Sequence record: SRR31156797_2189
DNA: 64,000 bases
Strand: one strand, 5' to 3'
A program made the position numbers and the translations under genes. This document shows, piece by piece, positions 9,745 through 18,210 of this stretch. The notes below the pieces were generated by a model, which was not told where the DNA came from, searched no databases, and was given only the letters and a program-made list of their open reading frames with translations. Every line of letters begins with the position of its first letter. The first letter of the stretch is position 1.

Positions 9745-10869
9745 ATGACGGAATCCGTGACACAAACCCCACCCCTTGTCGAATTAAACAACGTAACCAA
9801 ACAGTTTGGCAAAGTTACCGCTGTAGACAATGCAAATTTTACCTTGTCCCAAGGATCGGTTTTGACCATACTCGGGCCCAGCGGTTGCGGCAAAACCACT
9901 TTACTGAGAATGATCGCCGGTTTTGAATCGCCAACTACCGGTGATATTCGTATAAATGGTCAGCCAGTACAAACCGTCCCGCCGTATAAAAGGTCCATAG
10001 GCATGGTGTTTCAAAATCTTGCTCTTTTTCCACACATGAGCGCAGGAGAAAACATTGCATATCCTTTAAAAATGCGCCGGTTTCCCCCTCAGGATATTCC
10101 TGAGCTTGTTGAGCGTTACCTCGGGATTGTCCGTTTGTCTGGTATGGGTGAGAGGAAAATTCACCAGTTATCAGGAGGTCAGCAACAGCGAGTTGCCATT
10201 GCCCGAGCCCTGTCGTTTAATCCGGATTTACTGCTGCTTGATGAACCTCTATCAGCACTGGATAAAAAACTGCGCGAAGAGATGCAGCTTGAGTTCAGGC
10301 GGATTCAGCAGCAGCTCGGTGTAACCACCATCAATGTCACCCATGATCAGCGGGAGGCCCTGGTCATGTCTGATGAGATTATCGTCATGTCTGAAGGCGC
10401 CATTCAGCAGACAGCCGATCCTGTTTCTCTGTATCGACAACCAAGTAATCGGTTCGTTGCCTCATTTATTGGGTTAACCTCTCTTATCAGAGGAACGGTA
10501 GAAAAAAATGCAGAAGGCAAGGTTACCTTCCGTACGGGTGATATATCTCTTGAGGGCCAGGCAAGTGAACGTTTTCGATTTGGTGAAACCGTTGAAGGAG
10601 CCATACGCGCAGAACAAGTCCGTATCAGTAAAGGTATTGAGGGGGCTGAGGGGATGGATAACGTGCTTGATGGCGTTGTGGAACAACAGATTTTTGAAGG
10701 AGACCGGATGGTCTACCAGATTTCATGTTCTTCACTTGGCACAACTCCCCTGTACGTGTTTGATCATGACCCGAGCCATCATGTGCTCCATGCACATGGC
10801 GAGAAAGTAGTTGTGAGCTGGAAAGTGAGGGATCTATTAGTGTACCCATGCCAAAAATATCGCGTTTAA
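9745..10869 (+). CDS. ABC transporter ATP-binding protein (PotA-like, TOBE domain)
   Basis: GPSGCGKT, LSGGQQQRVAIARAL, LLLLDEPLSALD, VTHDQREAL. Confidence 0.93.
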   Translation: MTESVTQTPPLVELNNVTKQFGKVTAVDNANFTLSQGSVLTILGPSGCGKTTLLRMIAGFESPTTGDIRINGQPVQTVPPYKRSIGMVFQNLALFPHMSAGENIAYPLKMRRFPPQDIPELVERYLGIVRLSGMGERKIHQLSGGQQQRVAIARALSFNPDLLLLDEPLSALDKKLREEMQLEFRRIQQQLGVTTINVTHDQREALVMSDEIIVMSEGAIQQTADPVSLYRQPSNRFVASFIGLTSLIRGTVEKNAEGKVTFRTGDISLEGQASERFRFGETVEGAIRAEQVRISKGIEGAEGMDNVLDGVVEQQIFEGDRMVYQISCSSLGTTPLYVFDHDPSHHVLHAHGEKVVVSWKVRDLLVYPCQKYRV

Positions 10870-10902
10870 CACTTTGAACCACAGAACCCGAGGAGGAATT
10901 GC

Positions 10903-12006
10903 ATGAAGAACAAGCCGCAAAATAGCCTGACTCTTGACAGGCGGGACTTTTTGAAAACATCGGCCGTCGTTGCCGGTAGTGTCATGCTGGGGCCGTCCAT
11001 AGCCTTTGCTGAACAGAAAAAACCTAAGGAAATCATTGTTCGTGCCTGGGGAGGGTCTTGGGGAGAGGCACTCAAAGCAGGTGTAGCTGATGGATTTACT
11101 CAAGCAACGGGCATCAAGGTGCGCCTTGACTTTACAGAAGATAATGAAATCAAGCCCAAGATATGGGCAGCGGTTGATCAAGGCCGGATACCACCAATTC
11201 ACGTAAACTGGGATACTACTACTAACGCCACTATTTCCGCTTTGCGCGGCGTAACAGTAGACCTGAGCGACCTGAGCAACCTGAAAGGGCTGCTCCCTCT
11301 AGCCAAACCGGTTGGCCTGGAAGGGTATCCTCTGGTCAACACCTACGCCTATGTCTATGTTTGTGCTTACCGCCCGGAAGCCTTTCCTGGTGGTCCCCCT
11401 GAATCATGGAATGTACTGCTCGATCCTAAGTTCAAAGGAAGAGTTGCTCTTTATGATGACGGAATCGGTTTTAACCCGATAGCAGTTATAGCAGGCGGTG
11501 GGAGTGCTAAAGATATCCCGGGCAATATGGAACCAGGTTATGAATTTTACAAAAAATTGAAGGCAAATAAGCCGTTACTGGGAGAAGATTCGGATTTCAC
11601 CACCTGGTTTCAGAAAGGAGAAATCGATCTTGCCTGTACAATCAGCGTGAATGCACGTGCCGCTAAGCAAAGCGGTATTGATGTAGCATGGACTGTTCCC
11701 AAAGAAGGGTGCAAAGTGGATACAGATGGCTTGTGGGTACCTAAAGGGCTGCCCGCCAATGAGGAGTACTGGGCCAAGGAGTTTGTTAACTTTGCACTGA
11801 CTCAAGAAGCTCAAAAAGAATGGTGTTCCCTGTTAGGCCTGCCTCCTGTCTACCCAGGAATCGAGCCTCCTGCTGATCTGGTTGGAGATGTTTCTTACCC
11901 TACTAAACCTGAGGATTTTTCAAAACTGGTGCGCATACCTTCCAAGGTGTTGGTTGAAAACCAGCCTAAATGGTTTGCGAAGTTCAATGAAATTTTTCAG
12001 GGTTGA
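10903..12006 (+). CDS. ABC substrate-binding protein (PotD/PotF-like) with Tat signal
   Basis: DRRDFLK twin-arginine signal ending in AFA; WGGSWG, PESWNVLLDPKFKGRV, PKEG motifs. Confidence 0.88.
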   Translation: MKNKPQNSLTLDRRDFLKTSAVVAGSVMLGPSIAFAEQKKPKEIIVRAWGGSWGEALKAGVADGFTQATGIKVRLDFTEDNEIKPKIWAAVDQGRIPPIHVNWDTTTNATISALRGVTVDLSDLSNLKGLLPLAKPVGLEGYPLVNTYAYVYVCAYRPEAFPGGPPESWNVLLDPKFKGRVALYDDGIGFNPIAVIAGGGSAKDIPGNMEPGYEFYKKLKANKPLLGEDSDFTTWFQKGEIDLACTISVNARAAKQSGIDVAWTVPKEGCKVDTDGLWVPKGLPANEEYWAKEFVNFALTQEAQKEWCSLLGLPPVYPGIEPPADLVGDVSYPTKPEDFSKLVRIPSKVLVENQPKWFAKFNEIFQG

Positions 12007-12028
12007 TTAAGTCTGGTTAGTTGTTTTT

Positions 12029-12057
12029 GCCCGCTGCATGTTATTGCAGCGGGCTTT
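12029..12057 (+). terminator. Stem-loop after the SBP gene (partial terminator/stabiliser)
   Basis: GCCCGCTGCA-tgttat-TGCAGCGGGC followed by TTT. Confidence 0.6.
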
Positions 12058-12059
12058 AC

Positions 12060-12217
12060 GAGCCTGTTGGTTTACTTTCTTTTCGTCCAATCTCTTCGTT
12101 ATGCTGAAAAAACAATCCTCGGAGCTCAGCGAAGACTCCGATATCAAATATATGTCTGTGGTTATTTTTCCATCATACCCTGACCTTGAACGAGAATCCG
12201 CGTAAACGAACAGACTC
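12060..12217. mobile_element. MITE/REP-like palindromic element, copy B
   Basis: Terminal inverted repeats GAGCCTGTTGGTTTAC / GTAAACGAACAGACTC; core ATCCTCGGAGCTCAGCGAAGACTCCGATATCAAATATATGTCTGTG is similar to copy A. Confidence 0.62.
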
Positions 12218-12241
12218 TTTTATGTTTTCACAGGTATTTCT

Positions 12242-13192
12242 TTGGCTTCTGTAAATTCTTCTTCACAGTTACCCCTCAGGTGGCGTCTATTTGATATCGC
12301 AGAGCGCATAGCAGCTGCACTCTGGCCAAAAACAATGCACAAGTATAGCGGCTACCTGCTTCTGGTACCGGCAATTCTGCTTGTGTTTGTTCTGGTGCTA
12401 GGCCTGATCTACATTGGCGGCTACAGTCTGCACGAACTGGACCTTGCAACGTACCGGCTAAAGGAGGCATTCAGCCTAAGCAACTACAGTACTGCTATAT
12501 CCAGCACCACATACAAGTCCGTGGTTTTAAGATCAATTGGTGCATCGATGCTGGTGACCTTTTTCACGCTGCTGCTTGCATTTCCCTATGCTTACCTCAT
12601 GGTTCGGGCCAGGCGGGCTGCAACGAGAAAATTTTTACTGATTAGTCTTTTCCTCCCGTTTTTTATAGGTCAGATTGTCCGTGCCTATGGCTGGCTGATT
12701 ATCCTTGGACATGAAGGATTAATAAACACCGTCTTTACCGAACTTGGTTTGCCGGCTATGGATCTTATTTATAACTATCCAGCCGTGATCCTCGGCTTAG
12801 TGCAATATATGCTGCCTTTTGCAGTGCTCCTGCTAGCACCAGCGATTACAGCCATTAGCCACGATGTGGAACTGGCCTCTGAAAGCCTTGGGGCAAACTG
12901 GCTGAGAACGTTCATCCACGTGGTTCTCCCCATGGCAAAACCAGGACTGGTCGGTTCCTCTGTGGTGGTGTTCACACTCACCTTAACAGACTTTGCCATG
13001 CCGGAAATTCTAGGCGGCGGCACGACTGATTTTATTGCCAATGCCATTTATGATGGTTTTTTTCAGCTCTCTAACTCTGGCTTGGGGTCTGCACTAGCCA
13101 TGATTCTCGTAACCCTGGGAACGGCTTTTGTTGTGATCCTTTTTTTCATCGCCGGCACCGGGACGCTTGGTTTTAATGGGAGGGAGCAATGA
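12242..13192 (+). CDS. ABC transporter permease (PotB-like)
   Basis: Multiple TM helices, VRAYGW, EAA-like loop ELASESLGA, PEILGG. Confidence 0.9.
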   Translation: MASVNSSSQLPLRWRLFDIAERIAAALWPKTMHKYSGYLLLVPAILLVFVLVLGLIYIGGYSLHELDLATYRLKEAFSLSNYSTAISSTTYKSVVLRSIGASMLVTFFTLLLAFPYAYLMVRARRAATRKFLLISLFLPFFIGQIVRAYGWLIILGHEGLINTVFTELGLPAMDLIYNYPAVILGLVQYMLPFAVLLLAPAITAISHDVELASESLGANWLRTFIHVVLPMAKPGLVGSSVVVFTLTLTDFAMPEILGGGTTDFIANAIYDGFFQLSNSGLGSALAMILVTLGTAFVVILFFIAGTGTLGFNGREQ

Positions 13193-13989
13193 TTGGTTCT
13201 CGGAGCAAGGCATTGGTGTTGTGGACAATTGTTGGATTCGACTTGCTACTTTTGAGCCTGCCAACCCTGATCATCATAGGTGCTTCTTTTACTTCAGGTG
13301 ATATTGTCCAATTCCCGCCGGAGGGCTTCTCCCTGAAATGGTATAGTAAGCTCTGGCTGCTAGACGATTTTAAGTCGGCCTTTTGGAGAACCCTGTACGT
13401 CTCTATTATTTGTACATTGGTGAGTATACCAGCTGGGACTTTGGCGGCCATTGGACTGGCAAGGTATCGAATTCGGTTTCATACAACCATACAGGTCTAC
13501 CTGCTGCTTCCATTTACCATTCCACTGGTGGTATCCGGCTTGGGCATGATGATCTTTTTCGGTGAGATTCGGATCCTGGGTCAGCTGTGGCCGGTGGGAC
13601 TGGGCCTTTGTATTATCAATCTCCCTTTTATGATCTGGGCGGTGAGTGCAGCCGTAAATGGGCTGGATGACCAACTGGAAAATGCTGCAGCAAACTGTGG
13701 AGCGCCCCCCCTACAGGTTTTTCTAACTGTTACCCTCCCTGGAGTTATGCCAGGTGTTATCACCGGGGCACTGCTTATGTTTATCCTGGCCTTTAATGAA
13801 TTTCTGGTCAGCCTTTTTCTTACGGACGCCCGGACTGTTACCCTGCCAGTATCTATTTATAACTCTATCCGCAGTGTTATCACACCCGACCTGGCAGCTG
13901 TTTCAGTTGTTTATATTGCCATAGCCTTTATTGCAGTTTTGCTGTTGGACAAATTGGTTGGGCTGGAGTTATTTCTGAAATCAAAATAG
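13189..13989 (+). CDS. ABC transporter permease (PotC-like)
   Basis: FPPEGFSLKWY, LENAAANCGA EAA loop, FNEF, TLPV. Confidence 0.9.
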   Translation: MIGSRSKALVLWTIVGFDLLLLSLPTLIIIGASFTSGDIVQFPPEGFSLKWYSKLWLLDDFKSAFWRTLYVSIICTLVSIPAGTLAAIGLARYRIRFHTTIQVYLLLPFTIPLVVSGLGMMIFFGEIRILGQLWPVGLGLCIINLPFMIWAVSAAVNGLDDQLENAAANCGAPPLQVFLTVTLPGVMPGVITGALLMFILAFNEFLVSLFLTDARTVTLPVSIYNSIRSVITPDLAAVSVVYIAIAFIAVLLLDKLVGLELFLKSK

Positions 13990-13992
13990 GTT

Positions 13993-15249
13993 ATGCAAAA
14001 TATGAATCATATTGAGCTGCAGTTTGGACAGGTAACCAGCAAATATATAAATACCCCAAATGATTTTATAAGCCACATGCTTGAACATATTGCATGGCGT
14101 ATGGGATGCAGCATTCATCTGGAGTGGAACAACGAAAAATGGCAGGAATTGGGACAAGCCCTGGCACAAGAGATAATAAAGCTTGTTCCATTGCATCGAG
14201 AAGCCGCGACTCTGGGCATGATTGATGATGGAAGTGCTGAGGTGGGGGTAGAGCTTGATGTAACAGCAGGGCTTAGCCTGGAAACAGCAGCAGTTATTGA
14301 CATGGACTATTTCCTTTCCCTGCGCTGTGAGCAGCTTACCTCAGGACACCCCCTCGTGAAGGTCTTGCAAGGGATTGCTCAAGGCCTTGACGCCCGCATT
14401 TCGATTCTAGTGGGCAGTCTCAGCGATCCGCATCATACGTGGGAGGGAATCTTCCGAGGGCTTGGAACTGCACTGAGTCAACTCTATGCTCCTCCTGTAG
14501 AAAAGGCAGCGTTTTCTACAACCATACATGAAGGTCTGCAGTCTGAAGGGGTGCAGCTTATTCGGAGTTCATGCCAGGGTGCGGAGATAGAGCGCGAGAC
14601 TGCAGAAACTAAATTGCTGGTATCTGTTGATTATAACGCACGACCTAATGCTTCATTCTCCTACAAGGGTGCTCCTATTAAGCATTACGATGCCGCCGCC
14701 CTTGATGGACTACATGATCTATTGGAACGTATTGCAATTGAATGCGGCTTTCATCTCAGCCTTATATTCACAGCCAAGGCATTGAGCTCAAGCCATGTGT
14801 TGCTTGAAGATACCGGCATGGTGCTAGGTAGGGTTCTACGAGAGATTTTGGTACAACGAATGATGGACCAAGGAATTAATGGTGCGGGTTCTTCTTTAAA
14901 CGTACCGTCTGACATCCGGCAGCAAGCTATTTCCGTTGGTATCAGCGTTGAGGGACGAAAATCCTGTCTCTTTATCCCCTTTACGACTGACCGGGGGCAA
15001 TTGTATAAGAATTTTATTCTGGGGCACACTGTTTTTGGTGGCTTGTATTCCGAGGATCTGGATGACTTTTTCGATGGTTTTTCCTGGGGATTGGGTTGCT
15101 CGATCATGATTCATTGTAAAGAAACATTGGGACCAGAGGCCGCCTGGGGGATGATTTTCACACATTTTGGCAATGCCTTACGCGAAGTATTACGACCGAA
15201 TCCTAGCCGGAGAGGGGTTCCACCGGGGGTAAAGGCAAATCTTTATTAA
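13993..15249 (+). CDS. Tandem-duplicated imidazoleglycerol-phosphate dehydratase (HisB/IGPD)-like protein
   Basis: Half 1: FISHMLEH, MIDDG, SDPHHTWEGIFRGLG. Half 2: ERETAET, SSHVLLEDTGMVLG, EGRK, DFFDGF, MIH, FGNALRE, GVPPGVK. About twice the length of HisB. Confidence 0.78.
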   Translation: MQNMNHIELQFGQVTSKYINTPNDFISHMLEHIAWRMGCSIHLEWNNEKWQELGQALAQEIIKLVPLHREAATLGMIDDGSAEVGVELDVTAGLSLETAAVIDMDYFLSLRCEQLTSGHPLVKVLQGIAQGLDARISILVGSLSDPHHTWEGIFRGLGTALSQLYAPPVEKAAFSTTIHEGLQSEGVQLIRSSCQGAEIERETAETKLLVSVDYNARPNASFSYKGAPIKHYDAAALDGLHDLLERIAIECGFHLSLIFTAKALSSSHVLLEDTGMVLGRVLREILVQRMMDQGINGAGSSLNVPSDIRQQAISVGISVEGRKSCLFIPFTTDRGQLYKNFILGHTVFGGLYSEDLDDFFDGFSWGLGCSIMIHCKETLGPEAAWGMIFTHFGNALREVLRPNPSRRGVPPGVKANLY

Positions 15250-15447
15250 ATGGGAGATAAAAAGAAGTTGCCCCATTTTGTTTATGGAAATCCGCAGGTA
15301 GAGGTCTTAGCCTTTTTGGAGCAGACCACACCTGGAAAAAATTGTTCTACCGAGTTCAGCTTCATCATTTTAAGACATCCTTCAGCGTGAATTGCTACAC
15401 TAAATTACCAGTAGCCGCATATTTGATTTAGGCCGATTGTTTTGATA

Positions 15448-15484
15448 GTCTCACAATAAGAAAGATTATTTCCTATTGTGAGAC
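15448..15484. repeat. Inverted repeat / hairpin (15 of 16 bp)
   Basis: GTCTCACAATAAGAAA-gatta-TTTCCTATTGTGAGAC, about 200 bp after the operon end. Confidence 0.5.
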
Positions 15485-15760
15485 CCACAATAAAACCTAA
15501 ATTCCCCGCCCTTAAACTCTGAAGTTCTTTTTTATGAAACTGTTTTTCTCTCTAATCGCGACAACTTTGACGCTGTTACTCAATGTGTCCCTGGTGGGTG
15601 CCAAAACTCTTCTTTTTGTTCCTCTGTCCATGGAAAAAATGGAAACGGTGCTTAAAAATTTCGACCGCTAACAGAATATTTCACCGAGCATCTTGGCTTT
15701 GATATTAAATACATTTAGGTAGATGATCATTCGGAGTTGCTTGATAGATTTCGAAAATAA

Positions 15761-16251
15761 GGGATAGACTTTGACTACTTAGATCCTCTTCACGAACTTG
15801 GCAAGGTCGGTATTCCAGATTCTATTTTGCTGAAACCTGGCAAACTGACACCAGATGAATTCAAGGTTATGAAAACCCATGCATCTCTAGGGGCTAAAAC
15901 GCTGGAGTTGGTCTATGACCAATACCCCAACAGTACCTTTTTAAAAATGGGCATTGAGATAGCAAAATATCATCATGAAAAATGGAATGGCGCCGGATAT
16001 CCTTACTGTCTGGCGGGAGAGGCCATTCCTTTAAGTGCACGAAAATGTCACTGGTCGATGTCTATGATGGCTTACGAGCACGCAGACCGTACAAAGAGCC
16101 TTTTGATCATGAAAAGCGTAAGAATATTATTGTTAGCGAAAGTGACACAAACTTTGATCCCGAACTGATTAAAATTTTTCTGAAAATTCATACACACTTT
16201 GATGCGACAGTGACCTCATGGACAGCCAAGGAACAATTGGAATCGAGGTAA
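15761..16251 (+). pseudogene. HD-GYP c-di-GMP phosphodiesterase remnant (5' truncated, frameshifted)
   Basis: PLHELGKVGIPDSILLKPGKLT...HHEKWNGAGYP...LSAR, then a frame change near 16042 into SLVDVYDGLRARRPYK...FDP. In-frame TAA at 15758 with no upstream domain; HD reads HE. Confidence 0.82.
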
Positions 16252-16365
16252 CTCTTCAACGAGCATACGGAACTAACCAGCCGCTTGTTGATCTGGTTTA
16301 CCCCTTTGCTGCAAATACTCCTTAATAGGCCCGCAAAACTAAGAACGGAATAATTGGCGATAAAA

Positions 16366-17437
16366 ATGCAAACCACTGATCAGGATCCAGCGGCATTAAG
16401 TAGTGATCGAATCCTTCAACTCGAAAAGAAAAAACGTGTTTTCTTAATTTACGTTCTGAGTTTGATAGGCTCAGCAGTGTGCCTAATATTTGGGATTCAT
16501 AATTTAAGTGAGGGGCTGAATATCGTTGGTGTTACAGTGATTTCGATAGCAATATTAGCCTGTACGCCTGTACAAATCTTGCCTATTTTTTTTTACAGTG
16601 GCAATGCTGATTTTGCTGTTACTATCATGGGTGTCGTGCTTCTGGCACTAGGAGGATTTCTTTTAGTAAGTGGTGGATACTTCAACACTGGAATACTTTG
16701 GATATATCCACTGATAGCTATAGCAATTTTCACCAATAACTTTCGAACAGGACTCATCTATTCTTGTTTTTTTGTCACACCCTGCACATTATTACTTTTT
16801 ATTCCAGATAATCCACTCATGTTTGCAGCATATTCACTGACGGTAAAAATACGTTTTTTGGTAACTCTTACCGTCCTACTGATTTTATGCTTAACTGCAG
16901 AGTATTCAAATGAACACTTACGAAGGCAGGTACTAAGACTTCATAACCAACTTGTGTTGGCTGCTAATACTGATAGCTTAACACAGCTGCCTAACAGGAG
17001 ATATATATTCGATTTTTTTCGTTAATGACGAAATTCAAGGTCACACGGAAAATCATGCTGTCCTGTTATGCGATATAGATACCTTTAAGGACATCAATGA
17101 CTCATTAGGCCATGACGCAGGTGATAAAGTTCTACAGGAAGTAGCTTTTCGCCTGCGTCAATCTATCCGCAGCAGTGATGTCATAGCACGTTGGGGCGGG
17201 GAAGAATTTTTGGTATTACTACCAGACACTTCACCTGCCATTTCTCTTCAACGTGCTGATAAAATAAGAAAATCAATAGGCGATGCACCTATCAATCTAG
17301 ATGGGAAAGACTATAGAATTACTGTTAGTATCGGCGTTTCTTCCACAAACGGTAACCGAAGCGCACGTGCCATTTTGAAAAAGGCTGACGAAAAATTATA
17401 CCTCGCCAAAACTCAAGGGAGAAACCGTGTCTGCTAG
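16366..17437 (+). pseudogene. Membrane-anchored diguanylate cyclase split by one extra base in a T7 run
   Basis: TM region ending TDSLTQLPNRR, stop at 17025. Removing one T from 17013-17019 gives ...LLCDIDTFKDINDSLGHDAGD...RSSD...RWGGEEF...GRNRVC. Confidence 0.85.
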
Positions 17438-17591
17438 CGCTCCAAGCAATAGGGCGAAAGGCCTTGCGATGAGTGACAAAAGACTTCCCAGCAACCTCAC
17501 CTGAAACGCTCTCTTCCGATCGGGCTAGCTGGTGTACCGCACAACCTCTTGAAAAAAATCCTCCACGACTTTCCCCCATAAAAGGCGGAAA

Positions 17592-18203
17592 TTACCCCTT
17601 ACCTGTTCCCGGTTTACTGTATTTAATGAATAAGTCGAGTTCTTCTAGTTTTTTCTTATAACATCCCGGACAGATACCATGACTGAGGTCGCTACCGGTG
17701 GTTTTGCTCAGATACTGCTCAATACTAATCCAATTTTCTCCTTTTCCTTCCGTATCTGATACATCATCCCTGATTTTTTTACATTCACTACAGATAGATA
17801 GCAGATTCTCGTAAATCTTGAGAGTTTTTTCCATCCTCTGCATGGCCAGACAGCGCCCAACACGAAGAATCATTTCATCATGGTCATAAGGCTTTAACAG
17901 ATAGTCTGTTGCCCCTAAGCGCAATGCAGCGATCGCTGACTCCAGTCGTCCGTAACCTGTAAGAATAAAAACAGCCTGCCCTGGAGTCTTCTTTTTGATA
18001 GCATCCAGTAAATCAAGACCGTTCATTTCTCCCATTATGAGGTCTGTGATAATGAGGGAGTATTCCTGTTTGACGATCTTCTGCAAGGCGCTGTCCCCTC
18101 CTTCTGCAGTATCAACTAAATATCCCTCGTCAAGTAAATCTTGCTGCAGGGTATGACGTACAATGGGTTCATCGTCTACTATTAAAATGGAATGGTGTTC
18201 CAT
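17592..18203 (-). CDS. Response regulator (REC plus C-terminal Cys-rich putative Zn-binding domain)
   Basis: ILIVDDE, ITDLIM, LTGYG, YLLKP; C-terminal CSECKKIRD...W...SHGICPGC. Start may be 18203 or 18218. Confidence 0.88.
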   Translation of the reverse strand: MEHHSILIVDDEPIVRHTLQQDLLDEGYLVDTAEGGDSALQKIVKQEYSLIITDLIMGEMNGLDLLDAIKKKTPGQAVFILTGYGRLESAIAALRLGATDYLLKPYDHDEMILRVGRCLAMQRMEKTLKIYENLLSICSECKKIRDDVSDTEGKGENWISIEQYLSKTTGSDLSHGICPGCYKKKLEELDLFIKYSKPGTGKG

Positions 18204-18210
18204 TGTCACC

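Noticed and set aside
9745-13989. Calling the transporter potABCD (spermidine/putrescine)
   Set aside because: Only family-level similarity; the substrate cannot be read from sequence and the context suggests another ligand.
17433-17530. GCTAGC-flanked segment with a GAAA loop between convergent genes
   Set aside because: Weak, mismatched stem with no recognisable RNA family.
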